DNA of 63,701 nt, from contig JAPLUA010000264.1 of assembly GCA_026397855.1 (NCBI GenBank), forward strand, positions 1 to 63,701, given 5' to 3'. This stretch comes from Verrucomicrobiota bacterium (GTDB lineage Bacteria > Verrucomicrobiota > Verrucomicrobiia > Limisphaerales > UBA8199). A program made the translations under genes and the position numbers. Numbering within the stretch: position 1 is the first letter of the stretch; each line of letters opens with the position of its first letter. Positions 61,123-63,701 of the stretch are shown piece after piece. A model generated the notes under the pieces. That model was not told the DNA's origin and did no database searches. It saw nothing but the letters and a program-made list of their open reading frames with translations.

Positions 61123-63636
61123 ATGAATGCCCAATTCACCACTGACACGGCGATGAAAGCAAATAACGGATCCCTCAGCGATGCCCGGTTGCGGGCCGAG
61201 CTCAACCGGTGCGAATACTGCGAGGAGAAGCCCTGCAAAACGGCCTGCCCGGCCGATTGCTCGCCCGTGGATTTTATCATGGCGGCGCGCGTGGGGGACA
61301 AGTCGGACTTCCGCCGGGCCGGGGCGATGATCATGGGCTCGAACCCGCTGGGCTGGGTCTGCGGCGTGGTGTGCCCGGATTACTTCTGCATGAAGGCGTG
61401 CTCGCGCCGCACGTTTGATTACCCGATCAATATTCCCGCCGTGCAGGCCAGCGTGATGGAGCGGGCTTACGAGGCCGGCCTGCGGAGCTTCCCGGCGGCA
61501 CCCGCGAATGGGAAGCGCGTGGCCGTGATCGGCTCGGGGCCGGCGGGACTGGGCGCGGCCACCGTGCTGGCGCAGCGGGGTTACAAAGTCACCGTGTATG
61601 AGCGGCGCGAGCGGCTGGGCGGGATGATGCACCTGATCCCGGACTTCCGGCTCGACAAGAAGGTAGTGCGTCGCGACCTCGAATTCCTCAAGCAACTGGG
61701 CGCGCTGGAGTTCGTGTCGGGCAAAGCAGTAAGCCGGCCGGAAGAATTGCTGGCCGATTACCGGGCGGTGATTGTGTGCGCCGGGCTGGAGGAGCCGCTT
61801 AAGTTGGACATCCCCGGCGAGGAATACGCGCTGTCGTGGCAGGACTACCTCGAGAACCAGCGCAAGATCAGCGTCAAGAACAAGAAGGTGGCCGTCCTGG
61901 GCGGCGGAGCCGTGGCGGTGGATTGCGCCACGACTGCCAAACAGCGCGGCGCGCTCTCGGTCGAGCTGGTCTATCGCCGCAAGCAGCAGAACATGCCGCT
62001 GACAGCCTATGAGCGGGAGATGCTGATCGAGCACGGGATAGACATCTCCAGTTGTTCCAAGCCGCTCGAAATCGTCCACCAGGGACGGCGGGTCACCGGC
62101 CTGCGCCTCGCCCACATGATCCTGCCCAAAGGGAAGGCGCCCCGGCCCGAGAACTTCGTAGTGAGTAAGAAGGAGTCGCCCCTGTTCCGTGAGTTCGACG
62201 TGGTCATCTCCGCCATTGGCAGCCGGCCTAGGCTGCCGATGAAGAAAACCCCGGGGATCTTCTACGCGGGCGACATGGTGCTCGGCTCGGCGACTGTCGT
62301 CGAAGCCGTGGCCACCGGCAAGAACGCGGCGCTGGAAGTCGAAGCCTATATCTCCGGTCACAAACGACCCCACTTCGCGAATCGCGCCAAGAGCCACGTG
62401 GAGCTGGCGGGCCTGAACCTTTGCCCGGTGCCGCTGGACACGGACTTCTTCGGTCGCAAGATCCGCTCGCCCTTCCTCCTCTCCGCCGCGCCGCACACCG
62501 ACGGCTACGACCAGATGCGCAAAGCCTACGAGGCCGGCTGGTCGGGCGGGGTGATGAAGACCGCCTTTGACAACATTCCCATCCATATCCCGGCCGAATA
62601 CATGACCGTGTTCGGCCCTTCGACCTACGGCAACTGCGACAACGTCTCGGGGCACTCCCTCGACCGGGTGCGCAAAGAGCTGGAGCAGTTGGTGAAGGAG
62701 TTCCCCGACCGGCTCACGCTCGCGTCCACCGGCGGCCCGGTGACCGGCCGTGACGAGCATGACAAGCCGGTTTGGCAAGCGAACACGCGCAAGCTGGAAA
62801 GCGCCGGCGCGATGGGCGTGGAATACAGCCTCTCCTGCCCGCAAGGCGGCGACGGCACCGAGGGTGACATCGTCTCGCAAAACGCAGAGCTGGCTGCGAA
62901 GATCATTGATTGGGTGATGGAGGCCAGCGCCGATGACAACCCCAAGCTCTTCAAGCTGACCGCAGCCGTCACGTCCATCAATCCGATCATCAAGCGCATC
63001 CAGCAGGTGTTCGCCCGCTATCCGAACAAGCGGGCCGGCGTCACCCTTGCCAACAGCTTTCCGTCGCTGGCGTTGCGCAAGGTCGAGGGCCGTCGCTGGG
63101 AAGAAGGGGTGATCGTCGGCATGTCGGGCGAAGGCGTCCTGCCGATCAGCAACCTGACCCTGGCCAAAGTCTCCAGCACCGGCATCGCAGTCTCCGGCAA
63201 TGGCGGGCCGATGAACTACAAAGCCGCCGCCAACTTCCTGGCGTTGGGCGCGCAGACCGTGCAGTTCTGCACCATCGCCATGAAATACGGCCTGGGCATC
63301 GTCGGCGACCTGCACTCCGGCCTGAGCTTCCTGATGGAAGAGCGCGGATTCAAATCTGTGAAGGAGTTGATCGGCTCGGCGCTGCCCAACCCGATCACCG
63401 ACTTCATGGCCCTCTCTGCCATAAAGAAACTGCCGACAGTGGTTGCCGACCTATGCGAGCATTGCGGCAATTGCACCCGCTGCCCGTACCAGGCCATCGC
63501 GTTGAACGGCAGGAAGGTTCCGACCTTTGATCCGGCCCTCTGCATCGGCTGCTCCCTGTGCGCGCAGAAATGCTTCGCCGGGGCCATCTCCATGCGCCCC
63601 CGCACGCCGAAGGAACTGGCCGCCCTCCAACATTAA
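61123..63636 (+). CDS. fused dihydropyrimidine-dehydrogenase-like protein (PreT/GltD-like Fe-S/FAD/NADPH half plus PreA/DHODH-like FMN half plus 2x[4Fe-4S])
   Basis: ATG at 61123. 'CEYCEEKPCKTACP', 'VAVIGSGPAGLGAA', 'VAVLGGGAVAVDCA', DHODH-like 'SPFLLSAAPHT...GGVMKT', C-terminal 'CEHCGNCTRCP' and 'CIGCSLCAQKC'. Confidence 0.8.
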   Translation: MNAQFTTDTAMKANNGSLSDARLRAELNRCEYCEEKPCKTACPADCSPVDFIMAARVGDKSDFRRAGAMIMGSNPLGWVCGVVCPDYFCMKACSRRTFDYPINIPAVQASVMERAYEAGLRSFPAAPANGKRVAVIGSGPAGLGAATVLAQRGYKVTVYERRERLGGMMHLIPDFRLDKKVVRRDLEFLKQLGALEFVSGKAVSRPEELLADYRAVIVCAGLEEPLKLDIPGEEYALSWQDYLENQRKISVKNKKVAVLGGGAVAVDCATTAKQRGALSVELVYRRKQQNMPLTAYEREMLIEHGIDISSCSKPLEIVHQGRRVTGLRLAHMILPKGKAPRPENFVVSKKESPLFREFDVVISAIGSRPRLPMKKTPGIFYAGDMVLGSATVVEAVATGKNAALEVEAYISGHKRPHFANRAKSHVELAGLNLCPVPLDTDFFGRKIRSPFLLSAAPHTDGYDQMRKAYEAGWSGGVMKTAFDNIPIHIPAEYMTVFGPSTYGNCDNVSGHSLDRVRKELEQLVKEFPDRLTLASTGGPVTGRDEHDKPVWQANTRKLESAGAMGVEYSLSCPQGGDGTEGDIVSQNAELAAKIIDWVMEASADDNPKLFKLTAAVTSINPIIKRIQQVFARYPNKRAGVTLANSFPSLALRKVEGRRWEEGVIVGMSGEGVLPISNLTLAKVSSTGIAVSGNGGPMNYKAAANFLALGAQTVQFCTIAMKYGLGIVGDLHSGLSFLMEERGFKSVKELIGSALPNPITDFMALSAIKKLPTVVADLCEHCGNCTRCPYQAIALNGRKVPTFDPALCIGCSLCAQKCFAGAISMRPRTPKELAALQH

Positions 63637-63676
63637 CCCCCGATATTTCATGCCTCCCCCAAAGTGGCAACCAATA

Positions 63677-63699
63677 GGAGCGCGGACATTCCTGTCCGC
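63677..63699. repeat. dispersed 23-nt hairpin repeat GGAGCGCGGACATTCCTGTCCGC (copy 2)
   Basis: Matches 10425-10447 at 22 of 23 positions. Sits at the window edge, so it may extend further. Confidence 0.8.
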
Positions 63700-63701
63700 T
63701 T

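Noticed and set aside
60928-63315. 795-aa ORF antisense to the DPD-like gene
   Set aside because: Shadow ORF opposite a gene with multiple Fe-S, FAD and FMN motifs.

Overview
GC-rich chromosomal window. From gene content it is most likely a PVC-superphylum, Verrucomicrobiota-like bacterium; this is an inference with no database search behind it. I called about 55 protein genes and found no rRNA, tRNA, CRISPR array or transposase. Housekeeping blocks are rpsL-rpsG-fusA, ychF-coaD-yceD-rpmF-plsX-fabH, prc, msrA, gap, asnS-galK, ispE and a hopanoid side-chain pair hpnH-hpnJ. The centrepiece is a ~15-kb same-strand [FeFe]-hydrogenase supercluster (22170-37077). It comprises two divergent Rex paralogs, the HydC/HydB/HydA bifurcating-type hydrogenase, the maturases HydG-HydF-HydE with an aspartate-ammonia-lyase-like gene translationally coupled between them, and a three-gene putative H2-sensing module. 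That module is a small [2Fe-2S] ferredoxin, a HydS-type sensory hydrogenase with a Cx2Cx4Cx16C motif and a PAS domain, and a SpoIIE/PP2C phosphatase carrying an unassigned C-terminal domain. It is my best candidate for an undescribed signalling system. The second notable signal is a set of four perfect head-to-tail duplications of 22, 24, 26 and 27 bp inside coding genes (hydC, aspA-like, hydS, an ABC ATPase). Two of them shift the frame. A ~26-codon out-of-frame deletion also lies in hydA. These are either recent slippage lesions or switches concentrated in the hyd cluster, or gap-closure artefacts. The window also holds several repeat families: 11-bp tandem arrays, REP-like hairpin clusters, three ~170-210-bp elements bounded by inverted repeats, a 64-bp palindrome and a dispersed 23-nt hairpin. 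There are also one intact VapBC pair and one decayed one. All calls rest on reading the ORF translations and the DNA. Start codons are approximate where noted.
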